Notes under the pieces: generated by a model
The model's input: only the letters and a program-made list of their open reading frames with translations
The model's database searches: none
Told to the model about the DNA's origin: nothing
Shown here: one piece after another, positions 18,371 to 26,393 of the stretch
Numbering within the stretch: the stretch's first letter is position 1
Layout of the letters: every line of letters starts with the position of its first letter
Translations under genes and position numbers: made by a program
From: an uncultured Bifidobacteriaceae bacterium
GTDB lineage: Bacteria; Actinomycetota; Acidimicrobiia; IMCC26256; PALSA-555
NCBI GenBank assembly: GCA_964532485.1
Contig: CAZHKE010000008.1
Location: forward strand, 745 to 64,744
DNA length: 64,000 nucleotides
Reading direction: 5' to 3'

Positions 18371-19537
18371 ATGGACTTCTCGTACCCCGCGGAGGCCGAG
18401 GCGTTCCGCGGCGAGTTCAGGGCTTGGCTCGACCGTGAGCTTCCCGGCGACCTGCGCGGAGCCGGCGAGTCGTTGAGCGCGTCGGCCGACTCGCCGGAGC
18501 TGGCGCGCCGGCGGGAGTGGAACCGAGCGTTGGCCGATGCCCGCTACGCCGCGATCGGATGGCCGGAGGAGTACGGCGGGCGCGGCGCGGGCGTCCTCGA
18601 GCAGGTGGTGTGGGCCGAGGAGATGGACCGGGCGCAGGCGCCCGGGCCGATCAACGTGCTCGGCATCCCCAACGTGGCGCCGGCGATCATGACCTATGGC
18701 AGCCACGAGCAGCAGCGCACGCTCCTCCCGGCGATGCTGCGAGGCGACGACATCTGGTGTCAGGGGTTCTCCGAGCCGGATGCGGGGTCCGACCTCGCGT
18801 CGCTGCGGTGCCGAGCCGTGCTCGACGGCGACAGCTGGGTCGTCACGGGCCAGAAGATCTGGACGACGCTGGGACACCTGGCGACGTGGTGCGAGCTGCT
18901 GGTGCGGACCGACCCCGACGCGCCCAAGCACAAGGGCATCTCGTGCCTGCTCGTCGACATGACGCTGCCGGGGATCACGGTGCGACCGCTCGTGACGATC
19001 ACCGGCGCGCACGAGTTCAACGAGGTGTTCTTCGACGAGGTGCGCGTGCCCGCAGACTCGTTGCTCGGGCCTGTCGACGAGGGGTGGCGCGTCGCGATGA
19101 CGACGCTGTCGCACGAGCGTGGCGGTGTCGCGAAGCTGCATCTCGGGACGCGCCGGAAGGTCGCGCGCCTGCTCGACGCGGCGCGGTCGGCGCCGATGGG
19201 TGACGGGCGGGTGGCGGCCGAGGACCCGGTCCTGCGCCAGCAGCTGGCGCGCGTCTACCTCGAGGCGGAGCTGCTGAAGATGGTCGCAGATCGCGCGATC
19301 TCGGGCGAGCTGCACGGGCGCGCGCTCGGTCCGGAGTCGAGCATCGCGAAGCTCGTGTGGAGCGAGACGGAGCAGCACATCGCCGAGGTCGCGGCCGCGG
19401 TGCTGGGACCCGAAGCCGACGGCGGCGCCTGGGGCACCGATCGCGTCGGAGCGAGGTCGCACACCATCGCGGGCGGCACCACCCAGATCAACAAGAACAT
19501 CATCGCCCAGCGTGTCCTCGGACTCCCGCGCGGGTAG
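18371..19537 (+). CDS. acyl-CoA dehydrogenase
   Basis: ATG at 18371 (MDFSYPAEAEAFRGEFRAWL...); FSEPDAGSDLASL, C-terminal GGTTQINKNIIAQRVLGLP. Confidence 0.9.
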   Translation: MDFSYPAEAEAFRGEFRAWLDRELPGDLRGAGESLSASADSPELARRREWNRALADARYAAIGWPEEYGGRGAGVLEQVVWAEEMDRAQAPGPINVLGIPNVAPAIMTYGSHEQQRTLLPAMLRGDDIWCQGFSEPDAGSDLASLRCRAVLDGDSWVVTGQKIWTTLGHLATWCELLVRTDPDAPKHKGISCLLVDMTLPGITVRPLVTITGAHEFNEVFFDEVRVPADSLLGPVDEGWRVAMTTLSHERGGVAKLHLGTRRKVARLLDAARSAPMGDGRVAAEDPVLRQQLARVYLEAELLKMVADRAISGELHGRALGPESSIAKLVWSETEQHIAEVAAAVLGPEADGGAWGTDRVGARSHTIAGGTTQINKNIIAQRVLGLPRG

Positions 19538-19543
19538 CTCCCT

Positions 19544-19586
19544 CTGGTTGCGTCCCTCACCCGCGTATCCAGGGGTGAGAGACGCA
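19544..19586 (+). repeat. 43-bp palindromic repeat, copy 3, forward
   Basis: CTGGTTGCGTCCCTCACCCGCGTATCCAGGGGTGAGAGACGCA, begins 6 nt after the ACAD stop. Confidence 0.9.
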
Positions 19587-19626
19587 TGTCGGAGGACTCG
19601 TCACGACACCGAGCGCGGGCGTCAGT

Positions 19627-20592
19627 GTGGTCGTGGCTTCACCGCATGCGGGCGGCAGGCTCTCGTCCCTCGCTCGTCACCAGCACGGGGTGTTCACCCG
19701 CGCCCAGGCCGTCTCCGCAGGACTCACCCTCGGCGCGATCGAGGGGCGAGTCCGCTGGGGTCAGTGGATTGCCGTCGACCACGGCGTCTACCGCGCCGCG
19801 GAGACGCCCACGTCGTGGTCGCAACGTCTCCTCGCCGCGTGCCTGGCCGGACCGGCGGTTGCCTCGCATCGGAGCGCCGCCGCGCTCTGGGGCTTCCCCG
19901 ACTTCGGCGAGCGCGAGGTCGAGATCACCGCGATGCGGCATCGCCGACGCAAGAGCCCCGACGTGATCTGGCACGAGAGCGTCCGCCTCGATTCCGACGA
20001 GGTGACGAAGATCGATGCCATCCCGGTGACGACTCCGACCCGCACGATCATCGACCTCGGCGCGGTGGTTCCAGAGCAGAGCGTCCTGTACGCCTTGGAC
20101 GACGCCGTCCGGCGCAAGCTCACGTCGGTGGAGCGCCTGCAGCGCGAGCTCGAGCGGTGGGGCAATCGACGCCGGGGAAGCGGGATCGTGCGCCGGGCAG
20201 CGGCACGTCGGCGACTGGAGCCCGTGCCGGAGAGCGCACTGGAGACGGAGTTCGAGAGCTTGGTCGATCGGTCGGGGCTGCCGACGCCCTCGCGCCAGTG
20301 GGTCGTCCGCGACCCAGACGGCGACTTCGTCGCTCGCGTCGATTTCGCCTACCCCGCCGCACGGCTGGCCATCGAGATCCAGAGCATTCGCTTCCACGCC
20401 GGCCCCGACGAGTGGCGCGCCTGGATGGCACGCGAAGCGGAGCTGGTCGCTGCGGGATGGCGCGTGCTGCAGGTCACCGCACGCGATCTCCGAGCCCGTC
20501 CGGACCAGCTCGTGAAGAGACTCATCCGGGCGCTTGATCACGGTCCTGCGTCCCTGACCCACGAATACGCGGGTGACGGACGCAACCGATGA
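19627..20592 (+). CDS. AbiEi-type wHTH + DUF559 (Vsr/PD-(D/E)XK-like endonuclease fold) protein
   Basis: 321 aa. N-terminus ...ARHQHGVFTRAQAVSAGLTLGAIEGRVRWGQWIAVDHGVYR. C-terminus ...SALETEFESLVDRSGLPTP...VDFAYPAARLAIEIQS...GWRVLQVTARDL. The last 15 codons lie in repeat copy 4. Confidence 0.8.
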   Translation: MVVASPHAGGRLSSLARHQHGVFTRAQAVSAGLTLGAIEGRVRWGQWIAVDHGVYRAAETPTSWSQRLLAACLAGPAVASHRSAAALWGFPDFGEREVEITAMRHRRRKSPDVIWHESVRLDSDEVTKIDAIPVTTPTRTIIDLGAVVPEQSVLYALDDAVRRKLTSVERLQRELERWGNRRRGSGIVRRAAARRRLEPVPESALETEFESLVDRSGLPTPSRQWVVRDPDGDFVARVDFAYPAARLAIEIQSIRFHAGPDEWRAWMAREAELVAAGWRVLQVTARDLRARPDQLVKRLIRALDHGPASLTHEYAGDGRNR

Positions 20593-23500
20593 GGAGGTCG
20601 GCGGCGAACAGGAGCACCGCGAGCCAGCCCAGCTCGGGGGCATCCGCGGCCTTGGCGATGACCAGCGCGAGCGGGGCGCCGGCGGTCAGCAGCAGCCGGG
20701 CGCCGCGCACACGCGCCGCCACCACCGTCGCCACGGCCACGAGCGCGCCGATCCACCATCGCGACACCAGCGCCGACGCGAGACCGGCCACCGCCGCGCT
20801 CACCCCCGCCGCGCGCCAGTCCAGCGGCGGCACGCCCGGCACGCCCTCGTACCCGAGTGGCGACGAGAGCTCGGGATCCTCGACCACGACGGGGATCACG
20901 GCCCGGCGGGTCGCGACCACCACACCGAGACAGACGAGGATCGCGAGCACCGACAGCGCCATCGCGATCCACACGACGTTCTGCGGCGTCCACCGCAACG
21001 TCACGTCGTACGTCCCCGCCTCGCCCGGATCGATCAGCCACCCGTTCGCGTAGCCGTTCACCAGGCGCGGCTCCCCCAACGACCTCCCGTCGAGCTCGGC
21101 CTTCCAGCCGTCGCTCAGGCTCTGCCCGAGAACGAGCCAGAACGGCTGGCCGTCGCTGTGCACACGCAGGTCGTACGTCGTCGCGCCCTCGTCGGTCACC
21201 TGCACGCGCGCGCCCGCCGCCGGGCTGCTCTCGGCGAACGTCGCCACCGGCGTCGCCACGCCGCTCGCACCGGACGTGAGCACGAGCCGGTCGACGTCGA
21301 TGCCCGTGACGACCCCCGTCCGAGCCCGCACGAGGTGCGATCCCGCGTCCAGCGCCACCGGTCCGTTGCAGGCCTCCAACCCCGACTCGGCCGTCATCCG
21401 CACCGGCAGCGGCGTGCTGTCGACGCTGACGAGGTCGTCGCGGCACACCTGGTGCAGCGGCGCCGACACCGGGGCCTGCGGAACGCCCGACATGCCCAGC
21501 TCGGCGATCCCCACCGGCGCGGCCACGGGCGTCAGCGTGCGGTCGTCGACCGACGGGACGACCCGGGCGCTCTCGACGACGAACCGCAGCCTCGTCGCGG
21601 TCACCGGCCCGAACCGGAACGGCACCTCCTGGCTGGAGCCCTCCCCCGGAGTATCCGCGATCGCGGGGAGCTCGACGGTCGCGACCGGCGCGCCATCCGC
21701 CTCGACGCGCACGCGCGTCGGCACCGAGCGCAGCCCGTCGGTGACGAGCCGGATCGTCGCGCCCTCGACCGTCGTCGGACCGTCGAGCTCGGCCTCGAGC
21801 CACTCCCCGCGGTCGATCGAGAACGGCGAGTCCCACGCGGTGGCGTCGTCGCCGTCGAACGCGCGCGACGCCCGCGCGCCGGCGTCTCCCGCGCGGTGGC
21901 CCGACGCGCGGAACACGACGCCGGGTGTCGTCGTCCCCAGCACCCTGTCGAGCACGTCGTCGGGAGCGTTCGCCGCGACCCGAGCGGCGCCCGACACCTC
22001 GAAACCGCGCTCGCCGCCCCCACCGCCCGCGCCGCCCGAACCGATCGCGGGCTTCGGGAGCTCGAACTCGCGCACGAGCGCCTGCTCCTCGTCGAACCCG
22101 CCGCGCTCGGCGGGGTCGTAGCGCGACCGCGAGAACACGAATCCCAGGGCTCGCTCCCCCGCAGACGCGCCCGCTCGCCGCAGCAGCCTCGTCGGGACCC
22201 GGACGACCTCGTCGACCAGCGCCTCTCCTTCACCGTCGCGGGTCAGACCGATGTCGGCGAAGCCGGCGCTCGCGCGCGTGCTGCCACGACTCTCGAGCGG
22301 CTCGATGGTGAGCGTGCGCACCTGCTGCGCGGGCACCGGCACGTGCTGCCCCTCCGGCGCGCGCGACGACTCGTCGAGCGCGACGTCGAACGGCACACGG
22401 TCGTCGAGCTGCACGCGAGCCTTCGTGATCAACCGCGACGCGTCGGAAGGCTGCGTGAACGTGATCCCGTCGGTGCGCACGGAATCATCCAGCTCGAGCA
22501 CCAACCGGTCGCCGTCGAGCTCGCGGCCACCCGCGGTCCTCCACGCGGTGCGCACGTCACCGTCGAACGCCAGCGCGGGTCGCTCGGACGGCAGGTACGC
22601 GTCCTTGTCGCCGTATGCCGTCGCGTCAACACGACCCCCACGCTGCTCGACGACCGTCCGGTCGCGGTCCGACTGATCCTCGACGATCTCGAAGCGGAAG
22701 TCGTCGGCGTCCTCGGCGATCGCCTGCTGCCCGGAGCGCTCCGTGAGGCCCACGTCGTCACGCAGGCGGTTCCAGCGACGGGCCCGACGACGGTTCGTGT
22801 CGGTCACCATGAGCTCGGCCTCGTCGTCGATCGCTCGGGCGAGCTCCTGGTCGTCGAGCGACGCGCCGTAGAGGACGACGCCGTCGCCACCGACGAACCC
22901 CGCCGCGGCGGCGTCCACGACGCCCTCCCCGTCGCCTTCGAGCACGAGCGGCGCCTCGACCGACGCGGCCGACACGATCGGCCGAGCGTCGGTCACGTCG
23001 AACAGCGCGACGTTCGGCGGCCACGCCGAGCCCTGGCTCCGCAGCTCGCTCTCGTCGCGAAGCGGCAGCACGATCGACGCGAAGTTGGGGTCGGTCGACC
23101 CGAACGCCGTGGGCTCCTGGAGCCCGGGTGCCAATGGATCCGTCAACCAGCGCCACACGTCGCGCGGCCGAGGAGTGTCGTAGCGCTCGTACTCGAGGTC
23201 GTTGCGCGCCACGACGGTACCCACGCCGAGCAGTCGCAGCACGGGCGCGAGCGAGTCGGGCTCGACCGTCCCGTGCTGGAAGCGCCGGTCGAGCGCCGCG
23301 AGGAGGTCGACGGAACCGCGCGTCCCGAACGGCATCAGCTCGCGCGCGACCCACGGTCGATCGGTGAGCCCAGGGGTCACGGGGTCGACCGTGTTCCCCC
23401 ACCGGTAGGCGGCGAACAGCGAACCCGGCAGCTCGAGCGCGCGCGTCCCGTCGTCGCCTGCGTCGAGCGCGTCGGCCACCTCGTGCCAGTACTGCGGAAT

Positions 23501-24775
23501 GTCCTCGGCGCGCTCGATCCGCTCCGAGAGGTACCCGTGGCGCCAGACCGGGAGGAACGCCAGCGCCACGACGGCGACGACCACCGCCGCGGCACCCAGC
23601 TGGAAGGCCCGCCGCCGGGACAGGGCGGCGACGCCGCCTGCGATCAGCCCTGCGAGACCCAGGACGATGACCGGCCCGACGCGCGGCGTGTTGCGCAGGG
23701 CAGCGCCGGCTGCCGACCTGCCGGCAAACGACTTGAAGACGTCGCCGACGATGCTCGGGTCCTCGTACGGCCACGCGCCGACACCGACGATCGTGCCGAC
23801 GACCACGAGTGAGCCGAGGAAGACTCGGTGCTTCCACCGGACGAAGGCTGCCGCGACGAGCCCCGCGACGGGCACGAGGAGCGTCAACGCCGCCAGCGCC
23901 CGCGAGTCGGCGTAGTCGGGTGCCTGGTCGAGCCAGCTCCCGACCCGGTCGCCGCCCGAGAGGAACCAGTTGCCGAAGCCGCGCAGGAGGTCGGCCGGAC
24001 GCGAGGCGTCCGCCACCTGCTCGAGCGTCTCGGTGACGTCGAGCACCGGGATCCCGTACCGGGCCTGCGTCCGGAGACCGGCCATCCACCACAGCGAGAC
24101 GGCGATGCTGAGCAGCGCGACCCGCCCGGCGACGGCGAGCGCCCGGCGCCACTCGAGGTCGCGCTGCGCGCACGTGATGACGAGCCACAGGAGTGGGGCG
24201 ATGCCCACGAAGACCAGCGATGACGCGTTGGTGCTGCCGATGAGCAGGATGACGAGCGCGAACAGCGCCGGATCACGCCAGCCACCGCGCCGCGCGGCGC
24301 GGATCGTCAACCCGATCAGCCACGGGAGCCCCGCCCACGGGAGCAAGAGCACCGAGAGTCGAGCCGTGAACGCGAGCTGGTACGGCGTGAGCAGGTAGAC
24401 GATCGCGCCGACGACCGCGCCGACCCGCTTCGTACCGAACATCGTGAAGAGCCACAGCGCGCCTGCCGCGGCCGCGAACGAGATCGAGCCGAGGAACAGC
24501 CGTTGCGCGACCCAGTCGGGCACGCCGAGCTGGTCCATCACCCAGTAGTAGGGACCCAGGGGGAACAGGTAGCCGACGTTCTGGTGCGGGACCGTGCCGG
24601 TGCCGATGTGCGAGTCCCACAAGTAGACCGCGCGCGACAGCAATCGACCGGGGTCGAGGTACAGGTACTGCTTCGTGTCCCCGCTCACCTTGCCCGGCGA
24701 GGAGAGCAGGAACGGGATGTACGCGAGCGCGGCGAGGGCGAGAAGGTCGACGCGACGAACACGCGGACTGCTCAC
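20522..24775 (-). CDS. aftD: AftD-family alpha-(1->3)-arabinofuranosyltransferase-like giant GT-C protein (paralog 1)
   Basis: 1417 aa. N-terminal multi-TM GT-C domain with PGKVSGDTKQYLYLDPGRLL...NVGYLFPLGPYYW...GVPDWVAQRLF, as in mycobacterial AftD/DUF3367. Large soluble region with discoidin-like AFDGDVRTAW and AFDGDDATAW motifs. C-terminal TM helices. Confidence 0.9.
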   Translation of the reverse strand: MSSPRVRRVDLLALAALAYIPFLLSSPGKVSGDTKQYLYLDPGRLLSRAVYLWDSHIGTGTVPHQNVGYLFPLGPYYWVMDQLGVPDWVAQRLFLGSISFAAAAGALWLFTMFGTKRVGAVVGAIVYLLTPYQLAFTARLSVLLLPWAGLPWLIGLTIRAARRGGWRDPALFALVILLIGSTNASSLVFVGIAPLLWLVITCAQRDLEWRRALAVAGRVALLSIAVSLWWMAGLRTQARYGIPVLDVTETLEQVADASRPADLLRGFGNWFLSGGDRVGSWLDQAPDYADSRALAALTLLVPVAGLVAAAFVRWKHRVFLGSLVVVGTIVGVGAWPYEDPSIVGDVFKSFAGRSAAGAALRNTPRVGPVIVLGLAGLIAGGVAALSRRRAFQLGAAAVVVAVVALAFLPVWRHGYLSERIERAEDIPQYWHEVADALDAGDDGTRALELPGSLFAAYRWGNTVDPVTPGLTDRPWVARELMPFGTRGSVDLLAALDRRFQHGTVEPDSLAPVLRLLGVGTVVARNDLEYERYDTPRPRDVWRWLTDPLAPGLQEPTAFGSTDPNFASIVLPLRDESELRSQGSAWPPNVALFDVTDARPIVSAASVEAPLVLEGDGEGVVDAAAAGFVGGDGVVLYGASLDDQELARAIDDEAELMVTDTNRRRARRWNRLRDDVGLTERSGQQAIAEDADDFRFEIVEDQSDRDRTVVEQRGGRVDATAYGDKDAYLPSERPALAFDGDVRTAWRTAGGRELDGDRLVLELDDSVRTDGITFTQPSDASRLITKARVQLDDRVPFDVALDESSRAPEGQHVPVPAQQVRTLTIEPLESRGSTRASAGFADIGLTRDGEGEALVDEVVRVPTRLLRRAGASAGERALGFVFSRSRYDPAERGGFDEEQALVREFELPKPAIGSGGAGGGGGERGFEVSGAARVAANAPDDVLDRVLGTTTPGVVFRASGHRAGDAGARASRAFDGDDATAWDSPFSIDRGEWLEAELDGPTTVEGATIRLVTDGLRSVPTRVRVEADGAPVATVELPAIADTPGEGSSQEVPFRFGPVTATRLRFVVESARVVPSVDDRTLTPVAAPVGIAELGMSGVPQAPVSAPLHQVCRDDLVSVDSTPLPVRMTAESGLEACNGPVALDAGSHLVRARTGVVTGIDVDRLVLTSGASGVATPVATFAESSPAAGARVQVTDEGATTYDLRVHSDGQPFWLVLGQSLSDGWKAELDGRSLGEPRLVNGYANGWLIDPGEAGTYDVTLRWTPQNVVWIAMALSVLAILVCLGVVVATRRAVIPVVVEDPELSSPLGYEGVPGVPPLDWRAAGVSAAVAGLASALVSRWWIGALVAVATVVAARVRGARLLLTAGAPLALVIAKAADAPELGWLAVLLFAADLLIGCVRHPRIRGSGTQDRDQAPG
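20547..20589 (-). repeat. 43-bp palindromic repeat, copy 4, reverse
   Basis: Reverse complement TCGGTTGCGTCCGTCACCCGCGTATTCGTGGGTCAGGGACGCA; lies inside the 3' ends of both convergent ORFs. Confidence 0.9.
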
Positions 24776-26334
24776 GACGCCCGGAAGACCGTGAGACCCA
24801 TCAGCTCGAAGAAGTCGTCGTCGGGGAGCACGGGCGTCGACGGCTCACGACTGTTCGCGAACGCCGTCGCCATCAGCTCGCACACTCCCTGGACGTTGTT
24901 GTAGCCACCCGAGCTCACGTACCAGACGGTCGAGTCGCCGGCCCGGTCGAGCATCTCCTGTGCGAACGCGACCGGGTCTTGACGGGCGATGCGGTCCTGG
25001 TAGTCGACCCAGTCGACGCGCTCGGGCTGCCCGGCGTCGGGGAACGTCGCGTGCCGGAGCGGCTCGCCCTCGAGCAGGCGGCTGACGTCGGGTCCGAGCT
25101 GGTCGGGGCAGTACACGACGAGGTCGTCGGGCTGCGCACGGGCCTTGATGATGTCGGCGACCTGCGCGGCCTGGGTGCGGTCCTCGGTGACGTTGCGCGC
25201 CGCGCTCGCGAAGCTCAGCAGGATCGTGATCACGAGGACCATGGTTCGGACGCGCCGGTCCGCGAACGCCGTCACGCCGTACGCGATCGCGAGCACGAGC
25301 AGTGGGTACATGACCGATGCGTAGCGGCCGTCGAACGTGCTGCCCGCGATCCACGACACGGTCGACCCGAACAGCAGGATCGCCACCGCCGCCCCGAGCT
25401 CCCACCGCACCGCGGGACGGGTGCGCAGGTCGAGCTCGATGCGCCGCTCGTCGAGCGGGGCCGCGAAGAGCGCGAGGAGCGGCAGCACCAGCAGTGGCAG
25501 CAGCAGGACGAACGCCTCGGCGCTCTCGTCGCCGCCCGCGAAGCTCACGGTGCCCTCGGCGAACGCGAACCAGGGCACCACGGGATCGCCCCAGGGCGTG
25601 CCGGTGTGCGCGAGCTGGTAGGTCAGCGTCGACAGCCAGGGGATCAGCGTCAAGCCGCCGGCTGCGATCGCGGCGATGATGCGGGGCGAGGCGCGGCGCG
25701 TCTCGGCGCTCCCCTTCCACCACGCGACGAGCAGGGCGACACCCACGACTGCCAGGACGTAGAAGCACCAGTACTGGGTGTAGACGAGCAGGGCGGTCAC
25801 GAGCGCGACGACCGTCAACCGGCCGAGCGTGGGGCGGTCGAGCGCGCGCCGGAGCGCAAGGTATCCCCAGAGCACCAGGAACATCACCAGCGCGTACATG
25901 CGCGACTCGGTGGCGTACCGGATCGCGTACGGAGACGCGGCGAGGATCATCACCGTCCACCACGCGACCGCGCGTCCACCGATCCGCTTCCCGGCCCAGT
26001 AGGCGAGCGGCAGCGACGCCACCGAGATCAGCCCCGAGAAGGCGCGCACCGCGATGTCGCTCGAGCCGAAGAGCTCGATCCAGAAGTGGAGCAGCGCGTA
26101 GTAGAGGGGCGGCGCGCCGTCGTGACGCAGCGCTTCGCCGAGCTCCGAGATCGGGAGCTTGGCGATGTTGACCGACAGCGCCTCGTCGAACCACAGGTCA
26201 GCGGTCGTGACGAACCGCAGGATGACGCCGACGACGACCACGAGCCCGACGAGGACGACGTCGAGCGCGACTCGGCGATCGGCCGGCGCCTCGGCTGCTT
26301 CGTCGCGCGCGGGAGCCGCCGTGGACGCCGTCAT
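24772..26334 (-). CDS. GT-C fold membrane glycosyltransferase (PMT_2 / GT39-83-like)
   Basis: 520 aa; polytopic; first-loop LWFDEALSVN...DGAPPLYYALLHFW motif; its stop overlaps the AftD paralog GTG (GTGA). Confidence 0.8.
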   Translation of the reverse strand: MTASTAAPARDEAAEAPADRRVALDVVLVGLVVVVGVILRFVTTADLWFDEALSVNIAKLPISELGEALRHDGAPPLYYALLHFWIELFGSSDIAVRAFSGLISVASLPLAYWAGKRIGGRAVAWWTVMILAASPYAIRYATESRMYALVMFLVLWGYLALRRALDRPTLGRLTVVALVTALLVYTQYWCFYVLAVVGVALLVAWWKGSAETRRASPRIIAAIAAGGLTLIPWLSTLTYQLAHTGTPWGDPVVPWFAFAEGTVSFAGGDESAEAFVLLLPLLVLPLLALFAAPLDERRIELDLRTRPAVRWELGAAVAILLFGSTVSWIAGSTFDGRYASVMYPLLVLAIAYGVTAFADRRVRTMVLVITILLSFASAARNVTEDRTQAAQVADIIKARAQPDDLVVYCPDQLGPDVSRLLEGEPLRHATFPDAGQPERVDWVDYQDRIARQDPVAFAQEMLDRAGDSTVWYVSSGGYNNVQGVCELMATAFANSREPSTPVLPDDDFFELMGLTVFRAS

Positions 26335-26393
26335 GACCCGCCCACGCTAGGCCGCGAGGATGCCGGGCTCGTGGTCGTCGGGACTTCCCGAGA

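Noticed and set aside
19627-20592. AbiEi-type N-terminal domain as evidence for an AbiE toxin-antitoxin or abortive-infection system.
   Set aside because: No AbiEii nucleotidyltransferase partner is adjacent. The wHTH is fused to DUF559, a common stand-alone actinobacterial architecture.
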